Source: Nymphaea colorata
Taxonomy: Eukaryota
NCBI RefSeq assembly: GCF_008831285.2
Contig: NC_045138.2
Span: forward strand, 29,822,001-29,886,000
Direction of reading: 5' to 3'
DNA: 64,000 nt
A program made the position numbers and the translations under genes. Below the pieces are notes generated by a model. The model made no database searches. It was not told the origin of the DNA and saw nothing but the letters and a program-made list of their open reading frames with translations. Of the stretch, positions 24,726 through 38,300 are shown one piece after another (the first letter of the stretch is position 1; each line of letters begins with the position of its first letter).

Positions 24726-27700
24726 CTAGTAAGATGAATTGTTGATTCTATCTCTGCCGATGCCTCGCCTGTCTTCCCTACCTCTTCCAACAAAAGGATC
24801 TCCATTGTACTCCTTCATACCCCTTACGGGTGACCTGCTGCGTACCCTTGAGTCCCGGACCCAGCGGTCCGGTAATGATGGTGGGGATGGTGCCCTTCTG
24901 CCACCCCGACCATAAACCTCTCTTCTGTCATCAAAGAATTCATCCCTCTCATGAAATTCATCTCTTCCACGCCACCTGCCGCCCATTCCATGTCGCCATT
25001 CACGAGGGCTTCCGTCAAATCTCCCCCTCCCTCTATATTCATTCTCAAGATGATGATAGTCTGATCGATCCCTGAACTCCCTCCCCATGCGATGATCCGG
25101 AAGTCTTTCCCCATGCCTAGGGGGTGGCATACCATCGACAAACTCTCTGAAACCATCTCTGCTCCAACCACGAGGTGGCGATCCATAGCCATTAATTTCC
25201 CTTCCAGGACCACGATCCATTGGCGGGCCACCAACATGTGGGGGCAGACTATGAGGGTGTGGTGGCCCAGCTGGATAATCTCCTCTGGGACTTCCTAGAG
25301 GCCCAAACGGAGCCATGTCCCTGCGAAGCTTATTGCAGTTGTTGCAGTATGCCCTCCGTGCAAAATTAAGATTACCACACCTGCCTCCCGGAAAGGTCAG
25401 GAAAAACAGAATACCAAAGCTACATCATTAATTCACTTTTGCATTGACAGGAAAACAGCATTCCAAAATTAAACTCATCAACAAATTTTTACAATGACAG
25501 AAGACAGAACGTATGGATGTCTCAGATGAGGAATAGGTCGTGTGCCTGTGGAAAAAAGTTTCCTGGCAGAAGCATGTGACCTAACATGAATGCCAGATTT
25601 GCTTACTGAGCACAAGCAGGAAACCATAAGCTTGATGCAAAGGCAGCCTAATTGCCAAACAAGAGCACCGTCAACCTAGTAAAATGCTGGATTTAACGTT
25701 CAAATTGGAGGTTAAAAGACAATACCCAAGGCAGGTCTACCAGTAAAATCTTTTAGGTTTCTGGCTAGTTGTGGTAAACCAATACTGTGCATCTGCAGTC
25801 AATAACACAATCGCCTACAACAGATCAAAAATGCATGAAGCAACAACCTGATTGGGAAATCTTTATTTATGTTTTCAACTCAGCATGATGCAGGGGTCAT
25901 GTTGTCTTATAATGCTGAAAAGAACAAAGTGCAGATAAATGAAGAAAAATATACAGCAGCAACAAGCAGAGAGAAGCAAGTGAAACACATCCACAAACTT
26001 ACGAGGGCTCACTGCAAATCCAGTCTCCCACTCTTGGAGGCACATTTGGATTATTTCTGCTCATTCCTTCACCTCGGTATGATGAAACACCAAAATCCAG
26101 CCCATCTAGACCTCTACCAAATGACCTGCCACCTCTACCTCGACCATATGGGGGTGAAAACTCCCGAAACCTGCCTGGGCCCCTACCACCCCTAAATCCA
26201 CCATGGCTGCGATGAGGGGCATCCCCATGATCAAATTCAGTATCATAGCAGCGATCTACCTTTCTGTGGCGCAAAGGTGACCCTGAACCTGCACGAATTC
26301 CATATCCTGAAAAGAAAACCAGTGAGGGTAGGAAAGATAAGCAAAACCCAATTCTGGCACAAACTGCTGGTGGAAGACACTCCCGAATCAAGGCCCCCAG
26401 TTTTTGATCTCTCTTAAAGTCCAACAAACCCCAAAAGATGGACAACAGTAGACTAGAAATCATAGCTGCTTTTCAGGAAATAATTATCCACGTGGGCATG
26501 TGAAAACACTAAATCAAGGGTATCACCAAAGGAAGATAAGACACCAATATGTGCACACCAGACATATGTAAGATGCCATTGCACAAAGTGGGAAAGAACC
26601 ATTCAAGACTAGCAAGTTAGTTATGATCTCACCCCTGTCCATAGGCTACATGCCTGTGTTGCAGACAAAACCATAACATCAACAAACAGCATCCACAACA
26701 AGGCCATTACACTCACCAGGAGCATGCCGGTCTAGATTACACATTAGTGAAACCACTGTCCTCTTTCCTTTTTTTTTTTTTGAGAACCTGGAATCTTTCC
26801 CGTAGTAGGAATTTGCTGTCCCATGAAGCATTTCAAAAATCTCCACATTAAATGTTAACGCACCACGCGATATTACCAATTCCCAGGAGATTAACTTATA
26901 GCAACCACAAAAAGTATAGGAAACATATGACTTGTAAGACATGTCATTCACCTAGGTAACAGTTCATGTACACCAAATACTCATGCAAACAAATAGCCAT
27001 GTTTGCAAATAATAAAACAAAAGATTTTTCCTACCCCTCCTTCCTGCCACCAGTCATGAATCACCTTCTACACAAACTGCAGGTGTTATAACCACTAAAG
27101 CTGAAACCAAACAGCACCCCATAACCACTATGCTGAAACATAAATCAGAAACCTTTCAGAGCTGCAATTAACTCTTCATCCAATCACATGGATGAGCAAA
27201 GGAACTGTTCCATACCTCTTATTCTGAACCATTCATTTCAAATAACAAAGGCCAACATCCTCAATTCATACTATGCTTTGGACCAGCAACATCTGTCATT
27301 CACTGAGATCTTTGTTGAACCATGAAAAGAACAACACTCTGTTGGTAGTTCCACTCAAGGTGCATTAGTTTCTACAAATACCCTGGTGCTGAACAAGTGT
27401 TGGCTTGAACCAATTTGTGCAGTGATATCCTCATGAGAAGGAAGAATCATTTTATCTTCTTGATACAATTTGTTTACCCCAACATCATTGCTGGGTCAGA
27501 AATTATTCATCCACAAGGACCCAAAACTCCCATGCACATATGTGCATTTGTAATCTTACCCTCCAATATTTCACTTCCATATTAATACATGGAACCTGAA
27601 TGTTCAACCAGTCTATTGAAGACTCCCTTTTTTGGTAATCCCAGTTCCAGCCTTTTTTCCCCTACCTTCCAGTAATCAGTCATTCCAAATTCATACAAGC

Positions 27701-29494
27701 ACCCAAGAACAGACAAACAAACCCAAGAAGGAAAGTATTTTGAAAGACAGCAAGCTAATCAACTGACCATATCCACCAGAGAAGAAACAGCATTCCAAAT
27801 AAATCCAATCATTGTATTATGGAAGAAACGAATGAATAACTTCTAACTTCTAAGGCTTAAAATCAATCTAAGCAATGAATGCCCAAGCGGTAACAACGCT
27901 CAATCACCAACCAGTTCCGCATCTACTTATTTATCCGATTGACAAGACTATTTTTCTTAGGTGCAAAAAATCCACAATACGACATCTATGTGAAAAGAAG
28001 AAATACCATCAAAGATGTTCATAGACATGAAAGCAAGGGGATCCCACTTGTCTTATTTGAACAAAGAACTTCCTTCCAACAACCTAGCACTAAAAATAGA
28101 AAAATAAGGCATGACTGCACTTTCACTTTGCTTAAAGCCCCAGCTTTCTGCCATGTCTCATTTAACCGACGAAACCGCAGCAACAAAAGGAAAGAGCAAT
28201 CCCAAGCCATCTATGCATGATAGCCCCTACACCCTTGACCATGTCGTGTTTCAGAACAGGCATACAAAGTGAAAAACATCTTCATCTCTCATATAGCCAC
28301 AAAAAGAAAACCTGAATATTTCATGGGCAAACTAATTATTCCTTTTGTTACAATTGCAAATCACAAAAAAAATTCCCTAATATGTATGTTCCATGAGATA
28401 TCAGAACATCATCCATATTCATATTATGTCAACGAGAAAATGGTCCTGAAGTCGGTAAAAAGGAAAAAGAATAAAAACAAATGTTGCATTTATACAGTTA
28501 GTACCAAACAGGAAAAGAGTCATATTACCATATTTTGCTGAAATATTACATTAAATATCAGGCTATATGAAGCATGATGCCATCAAGTATTTAATAGGAA
28601 GCTGACAGAATCAAGAAAAAAAAAACAAACAAATTCCATTTCGATCCGATAAGTCGATCAAGAGATACCAATGACTCTCCTGGAGATAAGAGGTTCCCAA
28701 AGAAAAGCAGAGTTTCTCCAGACATACAAATCAAATAAACCGAAACGAAATGGAAGGGCTCCTATAGCTGAAGACCACGAGAAGAAGAACTACTAATGGA
28801 TCTCACCGGCTAAAAATAGAAGCTATCTAAGGTAATAGACCGTAAAAAGAAAGGAAAACTCCAACTTTTTCATTGATTTTTTTTTTTTCATCAGTGGGGT
28901 TCAAATCCCCAAAGGCTGCCAGCCGGCTGACACGAATGGTGAAAACAACAATCATGTGACAAAAGATAAGCAGCGATATTTAACCAACCACTACTTGATG
29001 GCGCCACGACAAGGATCAAATATAGAGCATTTCTATGCCAAATCTTGCAAACCAAATACTCGTAAAGAGTAATGAACCGGTAACGCCAATTAGAACTATT
29101 TATACGCATCCTGTGGCTCATAGAAGAAATCTAGCAACGATATCAAAATAGTAAAATAGATGATATTCGAGGACATGACCATAAAAAGCAAAAGACTAAG
29201 AATCATACAAACATTTTGGCAGCCCAACTTCATCAAACAGCAACCACAAAGATCAGCATCAAATCTTCCGTCCAATTGAATTGACGGAATGAGGGATAAT
29301 AAAATCAAGGGATGGTATCAACTTTCGGACGAACCTTGTCTTTCCGAGAACCTCTCGGAACGGGAGTAGTACTGCTCGCGATCCCGGCGGACTTCGCCGG
29401 CCTCGAAGTCGGCACCGCCACTTCCGACGGGCTCCGCCGGACCGACCACCATGCTGCTCAGGTTGCCCTGAGGCGGATGATCCCTCGACCCCAT
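24726..29494 (-). CDS. RanBP2-type zinc-finger, RGG/RS-rich putative RNA-binding protein, 3 exons, 372 aa
   Basis: Exons 29494-29335, 26306-26003, 25380-24726 (1119 nt, in frame). The spliced product contains GDWICSEPSCGNLNFARRAYCNNC (zf-RanBP consensus W-x-C-x4-C-x3-N-x6-C-x2-C), RGG repeats and RSRSP. Resembles Arabidopsis At4g28990, from memory and not searched. Confidence 0.88.
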
Positions 29495-30359
29495 CCCTCC
29501 CTCGACCCCTCTCTCTCCCGTTCTCTCCGTTAACCCTAGAGGTATACCACTGTTAACCTGAAGGTGGTACAGGTGGATGGGCTTCTGTTGATGGCGACCG
29601 ATGTCCTTGTGCTTCGCATAAATGACCTGTGTGTCCCTTAGTCGTGTCATGCCGTGGTTCCAGACATATATTATTTTTTTAATTCATAAAATCAACGTCT
29701 ACGCTTTCAATTTATCGTGAAATTATCGATTTATCAGTTTTAATATTCATAAAATATTAAATAAACAGAATTGGTTTTGAGTAATAACCCAAATTTTACT
29801 GAAAAATAAAAATTTATTTCAGTCGCCGGATCTAAGAATTGAGAAACCATTTTTAAGAAATAAAATATCAAAACAATGTAAAAATATGACAATGTGGCCT
29901 TGCACTTCAGTTCCGGGACAAAGAGGAATGCTTTTGCTTTTTTCACGTTTTTTTGTTTTTAACGCGTCGATATTTTTCCATGCAGCTGCAAAAGAATTGG
30001 ACTTGTGGCCCGAATCCGATTCATCTTATTGCAAAACGGACGTCGAGTAGGATCCAAATTTGGAACCATATCTGGTATTAAACCGGGAAGAATAAGTACA
30101 TACACGAGGAACCATATCATCTGGAGCAAATTCAAATTCGATGGGATGTTGTTTTATCGGGTAGCTGCTCATATCTGGATCAGACCAATCAGTTCAAACT
30201 TTTTTCTGCCCGTGCTTTAACAATCTCTACAGTGTTGGGTACCAATACGACATAAAAATTTTGAATCTGGATCAAAGAACTAATTGATACTGATGTCCCA
30301 ACTGAGCTGGAGTTTGAATTCGGATTGGATATACCATGTTATGTCTCATGTCCAACCCG

Positions 30360-30499
30360 CTTGTGGGTAAAATTTCACCTGCTCTCTTTTGGGGGTTAAA
30401 CGGGTGAAATTTCACCTCGTTTGATGGGTGAAATTTCACTCGCCCGTACAGATTTCCCCCTCCCCACAAGATTTCACCCACCCATCAAACGGGCCCTTA
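30360..30499. mobile_element. Tourist-like MITE fragment with palindromic GGTGAAATTTCACC repeats
   Basis: Three near-perfect copies of the GGTGAAATTTCACC palindrome plus a partial one, ending CAAACGGGCCC-TTA. Confidence 0.45.
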
Positions 30500-32339
30500 C
30501 GAGTTAGGATACTAACTGGTTTGGAGCACATGCTTCTGACCCGATTTAAACCCGACCTTCTTCAGTGGATCGTAACGCAGAAATGGGAACGGAAGACCGT
30601 AAGAAGAAAATCCAATTCAACACAGATGATATTAAACTTAATAAAATGATACGAAAATAAGAGGTACCACAAAAAAGTCCTATGCAACATAATGCAATGT
30701 CTTGAAAAGATTAGAAAACATAAACAAAAAAAAAAAAGGGCAAGGCAAATTGAGAAGCGATATAAATGGTGAGGATTCGACTCAGATCCACCATTTTTGG
30801 AGTCTGACCCAATTGGATGATATAAAAGTTAAAACAGGATTACGTTTCAATTTTGGACTTGGAAGCTTGATTGTGTAAGGCTCGGTTCTAATCCGATCGG
30901 CATAAGATCCAATCGAAGTCCTCATATGGTATTTTGATCGACATATCATATACCGTTGCATTATCGGCCTATTTTTTATTTTTAAAAATAAATAATAACT
31001 TGAAATATCTTAAGTTGATTTTAATTTTTTTTTTTAAATTAAAGATGTAGCTTCAAGGGAAAAATGCAAGAGAAGAGGCTTGGGCTCCGTTTGACTCTCG
31101 CGGCCAACAACCTAGAGGCTTTAGAATGACTGATTCGAGAACGGCCAGGATATCCGTTACGGTTGTTTATTATTTAGTTATATCAGTTAATTTAACGTCG
31201 ATGCATGTTCACGAGTCAGAAATAATTAGCTTCAACGGATAACGGATGCTAGTAAATAAGGGCATAAAAAATTAGTGTTTTCGCAAAATAAAATAACTCT
31301 CTAGTGAATCGCTCGGCACCGTATTATTATCTTGTTATGGAAAAAGAATTTAACCGTTTTCCTTTTTTTGTTGGCATGATTCGTTCGTTCTTAATTTAAG
31401 TTTATCAGCCAGTCTCTCTCTCTCTCTGTTTTCTATAGGGCCCGTTGACAACAGTAATTATATATTAGCGTTTCATGTATCTGCCTGCCTGGAAATTAAG
31501 AGAGATTTGTGTAGCTCTTTTTCTACAGCCAGATACATGGAACAACAAAATACAACATAGTCATTGTTGCCGAACACCCTCCTAGATGGACACATGCAAA
31601 CAAAAGCGCCTTCTTTCCCATTCCGCAACCAAACCTCTCGCCGGCTCGCAATTTGAACATCACTTAGAAACTAATATGCTTTTTTGGTTATACATAGAAG
31701 CGGTTTAGAATCGCATTAACTAACTATAACACAATAACACGAGGTCGAGCTACACCAATCAAATCTTTATCAATCAACCGATGCAAATGACCAAGTGGAT
31801 TCCACAAAATAAAAGGGCTCCCCGCTCCTCCATTAAAGGTAAAAAACTCAGGACAATTCTCCACTCTCAAATCATACACCACCTACACCAAAGTAACTTG
31901 TAGATCTTCCATGAATTCCAACCTGTGTTCGGCGACTGCAGAATCTGGTTATGGGTGGACGCAAACTGGAGCATTTACACAACGGATTTACATACAAAGC
32001 ACATTCTGCATCTCGCTGTGACCCCAATCCCACGTGCCTGATAATCACTGAGTTCTCTAAATACGATTCTGCATCTTATAAGATTAACAAAACCAACTTC
32101 AAAGGGCCCCTAGCGTTCTATTGTTTATTTGTAAAAATCAGGCATGGAAGGCAAAGATTGAGCCATAGAATTTGAAAGAACATATAAATACATTAATAAT
32201 GATAAGGAAAAAATTGGCCCCAAAACAAGGGCATCAATGGTGGACAACATTTGCTTATACTGCGTTAGAGCCTGCTGAGAAAAAAAACATCAGCAGAAGG
32301 TATCAGGTGATTATAACAATGCTGATTTAGAGTCAGCTT

Positions 32340-35300
32340 TCATGGCTCAGTCGTCTCTACCTTTAAATGTTTTTCACCATTTTCGGCAGAAATCTTCAAG
32401 GGCAAACCATTACCATACACTGCGCTTGCCGGAACCGCTGGAGGTACTGGATTCTCTGTTTGGGAAAGTTCAGCACTAGCTGATACTGCAGCTCTTGCTG
32501 CCACACTCCCACCCATTTCTTGTTGATTTAGACGAGGCTCTGCCTTCTCTAATTGCATAGAATACTGTGTTTCTGCAAAAAAAAAACAGTTTCATGTTTG
32601 GGCAATCGTTACATCTTCTAGCAAACCCCAGAGAAAGCTTCTATATATTTCACAGAGAATTTGCTACAAATGCGCCAGCAACTGGCTTTCACAAGGATCC
32701 CACCTTTTATGAGAAAATGCATCTTTTGATAAAGCAGTGTAATTTTCATTCCCACTGTAAAATGGGCTCCCACATCAATGAATGTGGTCCAATTGCATTT
32801 TTCTCATAGTGAACTTTGTTTCAGCCATGTGACAAGAGCTCTTGTTTCATGTGAAATGGACTGAAACAAATACCACTAAGCATCATACAAAAAATATTAG
32901 TAAGACATGAAGCCTAGACACAGTTCAACAAGCATGTGATCCTTTGTGGACCTACAAGATTCTGTACGACCATTAAAATTTGCTAGGTTTACCTCTCATC
33001 CTTCCAACTGTTATGAGCTTCTGCAGGCAGTCTCGGAACTCAGTTAGCACACGCCTTTCCTGCTCTGCGTAAAGTTCTGATGGCCTATCACTGCTTGGCA
33101 ATCGTGGTGCCATCCTGCTTCCAAGACCTGGCACTGCAGATGGCGATGCTGCAGCCATGAACATGGTGTCTTGCTCATCACACATGAGTGCGAGAGTTCC
33201 TGGTGACATAGGCCTGCTTTTTTGTGTCTCGGCATCTTCCAGGCCCGACTCATTTCCACCACTCTTATCTGGTTGACTTGCATTTGAACCCTCTGCCGTT
33301 TTGAAAGAATCACTATGTGCTCCTGCAGCCAGCTCCTGGGATTTTTCAGACTGACCATCTACCTCTGTCTTCCTTTCCTTTTCGCCATGTCTTCCTATTA
33401 AAATTAGTTAAGAATCAAGCAGATTAAAAAAAACACAAAATTAAGGATTGACAAGGTAAGGACTCAAGGCTATGCTTCAACTGACTTGCAGATTGTCTAT
33501 AAGCAATAGCACCATTTTACAAAAAATGGAGCTTTAGTGAGTGCTGAAAGCAATGATTTCTATCAGTATGCATACCTCTGAGCAATGGCATAAATGTGAT
33601 TATAAGATCCTAGTACGGTAAAATTTCAACAAGCTAAAGAATTTTATGTGGCAAAAAAGTTTTGATGTCATACATATTATATAGTCAACTTTCTTGTTGC
33701 TAAAGGTAGTTTATAGAAAATATGGAAATATTCAGGTTTTATTTGTTGAATATGCCATGACGAGATTGCCAAGAATATTGCCAATTAGTCACCAAAGAAA
33801 ATCTTATTCCTGGAACAGAGATGCACTGAGGATACCTGTGAATGTTTTAGCAGCTTCTCCTGAAACTACTACCAAGAGTTTGCAGAATTCCTTCACATCC
33901 TCTGGCTGGACGACATCCGCTAACAAGGACCTAATCACAGGATAACGCAGCCAGCATATTAGAAAATTTTACACAAGATAGGAACTTCAGACATTCTATA
34001 TATCAAAATCACCTCTTCCAAAACAAAGCAAAGGAGAAAAAGAAAAGGAACGTGCATTGCCTGTAAGCATATCTTGAGGAACCCAATGCTACAGGAGCAG
34101 CAGCACGAGCAGCAGGTAAAGAAGATATGGAAGACGAAGTAGTTGAGTGTGATGCCTTAAGTTGATTTAGCTGAACATCAATAACAAGAAAAAAAAATTG
34201 AATTAACAATTTGCTTCAACTTCGAGCACCAACTGACGTTCTTTCATTGCATACTTAAATAATGAGAAAATAAGCAACATAATCAGAGGGCAAACTTAGT
34301 GAGAAAATAAGTAGTGCCCCGACTTCTGGTCGGAAAAACCAGTTGCATTTGCCAATTCGTTATTTTCTGTTCCAATGCCAATTCGCTATTTTCTGTTCCT
34401 ATACAACTAACAAAACTTCTCAAGATTTGAGGCACATGACATATGGATGGTGATTTTAGATTCACTAAATATACAGCAAGTAGAGTCAGTAGAGTCCTCA
34501 ACATGGATCCAGGGTATCAAAAATAGATCCACGTTAGAGCTATTGGTTCCCATCACCCTGAATGAAGCCACTACGCTAACCTACATTTAGAAGAAATAAT
34601 TCAATCAACATTTAACACAATCAAAAGATCCAACACTCGGACAAAAATCACCAATGAGGATGTGTTCCTCAGAGACCCATTTCCGTGTTATGGACGTAAG
34701 AGGGAGGACGTTTGGTGCCTCCTCCTGTTTACAGATTGCTGGACAGAAACTGATTGGAAACACAAGATGCCATCCTCTCTTATATCCCAACAATTAAACT
34801 GCCCGAGTGTTCCTAAGGGTGCAAGCAGAAACATTGACAATTTTGTGGCTGGTAAATGAAAATTAATGAACTTCAAGCTACATTTCTGGAAAACAATAGG
34901 AGATTCAAAAACCTTTTGGCTGGTTAGCACTAGCAACATCTCAGTCTTGGCTCTACCTATTCTCTAGAGGAATAAGGTTTCCCTCCATGCCACTGAAAAC
35001 ATCCCCAACAAGACATAGTGCTGAAGACCATACAATTGTCCACATTTCAAGATCCAATCAAAAGAATGCCAAAAAGAAAGAAAGGACAGACACATCCTCA
35101 AGTGGTGCCGCTGCAAACATGCCTGAGGAAATTGAGCAAGCCTTTGATTAGAAGGATCCTTAAGTGCCATGCTATAGAACGTTTCTTGGTTTCTCCTCTT
35201 CTTGTTCAGTGGAGGGGAAGCAAAACCTGAGGACCCAATAGCTCCAGTAATGGCAGCATTAGCAGCTTGCTGGATGTAACTCAAGGCCACATTTGGATCA

Positions 35301-38300
35301 GAATGACAGAGAGCCCTTCTCTCATCACTGCCTTCAAAGTTCTTGCAGTCCATACATTTGCAGTTTTCAGAGCACAAAACACCAGCTTGGAAGCACTCGC
35401 AGTACTTCTTGAGACATCCTGACTTTTTGCAATGGCAGCCTTTGTTATGTTTTCCTACCAGAGGCAGTTCACCTGTTTCTTCCTAGAACCACATCAATCC
35501 ATGCAATGTGTCAGCAAGGTACAAAGAAAAACAGAGGAAAAAAATGTGTCTGCTGTAGCCTTAGCTCAACACAAATAATATTGATCATGCACCAACAAGA
35601 TGAATGTGCAACTGAAGTCTGAAGTTTTTCATATGTTAAGTACAATATGAAACAGATGTTTGCGACTCCAGATATATCATCAGGATATTCTATATGCGAC
35701 TTAACAATAGAAAGGTAATAGCGAAATTTGTTTCAGACTAAATCAAAAGGATACTCAAGATGCATATCATTGGGGGATACTCAAGATGCAAGTTAACCAC
35801 AGAAATGTAACAGTCAAATTTATTTCAGCCAAATCTCTACACTCGAAATGCCATTACATGCAGAAGCAAGTACTCACAAGATCCATAGTTTGATGCCAGC
35901 TATAGAAATTTTCTGCATTTAATTTCCATCCAGCCTAACTTGGATTTGTCTTTTATATTGAGCATTCTATTCCTTAAATAGCTTCTTTTCTTATAGAACT
36001 AAGATAGACACACAGATTGATCTTTGGTATTATATAGACTTCTGAAGAATCTCAACAGCACAGCCAAGTCCAACAGGGTTTGTCTTCCATCAGTGAAATA
36101 CTGAAATTACAAGCATAAGATCATGTTTATATCAAGAGTGATGGAAATACCAGATGAAGCTGGTTAAATTAAAAATCTCGGAAGAAAATTAGTGAAAGGA
36201 AACTGTAATCGAATTGCAAGTACTATCCCATACAAGCACCCCCCCCCCTCCCTTCCTCTCCTTCTTACTTTCTACGAGAGAGGTACAAGGAATGAATGCA
36301 CTTCATATCTCAACACAAGTAATTTAATAGTTATTCTTGTTAATATCATTAATGTGAATTATTTACCCGATTGTCTCTCAATGCAATAGGGCTGCTAGCA
36401 ATTTTTGGCCGAAATGCATTTGGGTTACGCTCTAGAGTTGCTTCAACAGCATCATGCCTAACAGCCTCATTCTCAGCATTGTTGCAACAGTTCACACAGT
36501 TGCAACCATCACAATATATTCCTGCTGCGAAGCATTCACAATACCTGACACACAAAAAGAGAGAGAGGGAGAGTACAAAGTTGGTAGAAAGTTAGTTTTG
36601 TTCCTGACCATTAACCCATCAAACTCATTAAACATAGAAAGTAAAAGAAAATTGACCACCATAACGACATTGACTTATACTCCATATTCATAAGAATGAA
36701 CTGAACAAAAGAATACCTTGTAGCAATCAAAGCACTGCAATCAGATTACTTGCAAATAGAAGAAGAAGAAGAAGAAAAAGAACAGAGCTTGTAACTCAGC
36801 AGGACACACAAACTACAAGTACCATAAATCCAATAGAGAGTCATGGCAAATAGGTTTAAAATGGGTAAAATCTCGCAGGTAAAACTTAGAGGTCAAGCTA
36901 GAATTGGATAGGATACAAAAAAAAATTATGAAACCATCAAAGCAGATATGACCCATTTGCAATCCTATAGACAAACGTTTGTTTTCTATAGTAAGCAGAA
37001 CCATCTGGTGACAGTTATCTAGTGTAGCTCACGAGATGGAATTAAGTGCCTCATCAAATGTATAGCAAGCATGGAAGGCAAAGGGTGGTGCAGGAGCAAT
37101 TTGGCATGCATGGAAGCGCATGCGTAGAAACATGCACTCAAAGGCAAAATTCAACATTCTTCTTGAGGACATAAGAGACCTTGATACCTAGATTCCAAAG
37201 CATGCGGCACATCTCAAAAAGCATTTTTATCATGAGCAGTTTCATAAGCCACATTAATACCAATAATGAGAAGCTTACTTTCTTTAACAAATGCACAACG
37301 GCCAACCAACAAGAACATTGTTGCACACAAAGGGCAACTTAGTCATAAAGAACATGATTTCCCCATAGAGACCATCCTTTCTCATGGTAGCATTTCAATA
37401 AACCCAGGCCCGAAATTCATATTGGTTTACGTCCAAGGCCTATTTTACTGCTAGAGAGATCTTCTACCTTTTAAAATCCGAGGGTGAAGACCTATGGAAA
37501 AAGAAAAAACAGCTTTCAAATCTCAAGTACCTGACCTTGCTATTGGAGATCTTACATGTGCTTGACTTTGGACCTCACACCAGCTTCTAAGGTACCCAAA
37601 AAAAAATTAAACAAGAAAAATTCCAATATTTCCTTTCACTTCCAGCTTCCAAATGCTCCAAAATCACTTTCACTAGAGTTCCTATCACTACAATCCTCCT
37701 CCCACATCGCACAACCCAGAACTCTAATGTGCTATTTCATGAAGGCAACTCCTGCTCTAAATGAAATGATCAACAAACTTTCTGTGATCAAGAAAGCTGC
37801 TGCACCACCAGCACATAAAAATAGTAATACACTTACAATTTTAAGCACTTTGAATGTTTGCAGTTGCATTGCTTTGCTTTCTTTGGAGTACCATCTTTTG
37901 AATCAAAAATAGAACGAGGAGGTCTTGAAGACCTTGGTGATTCGGGCTTCCTGGATAAAAACATCAGAATGCTAATCACTAACCAGCATCAATAATAAGC
38001 AATTGAACCAAAATCTACTATACTACTGAAGAAACAAGTGAAAAAGAGAACACTCTGGGACTCTAAAATTTGTTTTTACTGCAAACCAAAAACTAAGACC
38101 CCACAAGCCTCTCAAATTGCTTCCGCAAAGCGGAACAAGAGATCACTATTTGTTTAGTAACGAAACACTTACTTCCATCACATAATAGAAAAATACCTGA
38201 TATACCAGTGCAGATTAAATGCATAAATCTTTCATTTACCAAAAACCTACAGATTTAGCTTTGTCAATACATAGAAGAGAGCAATTAGGTGACACTCAAA

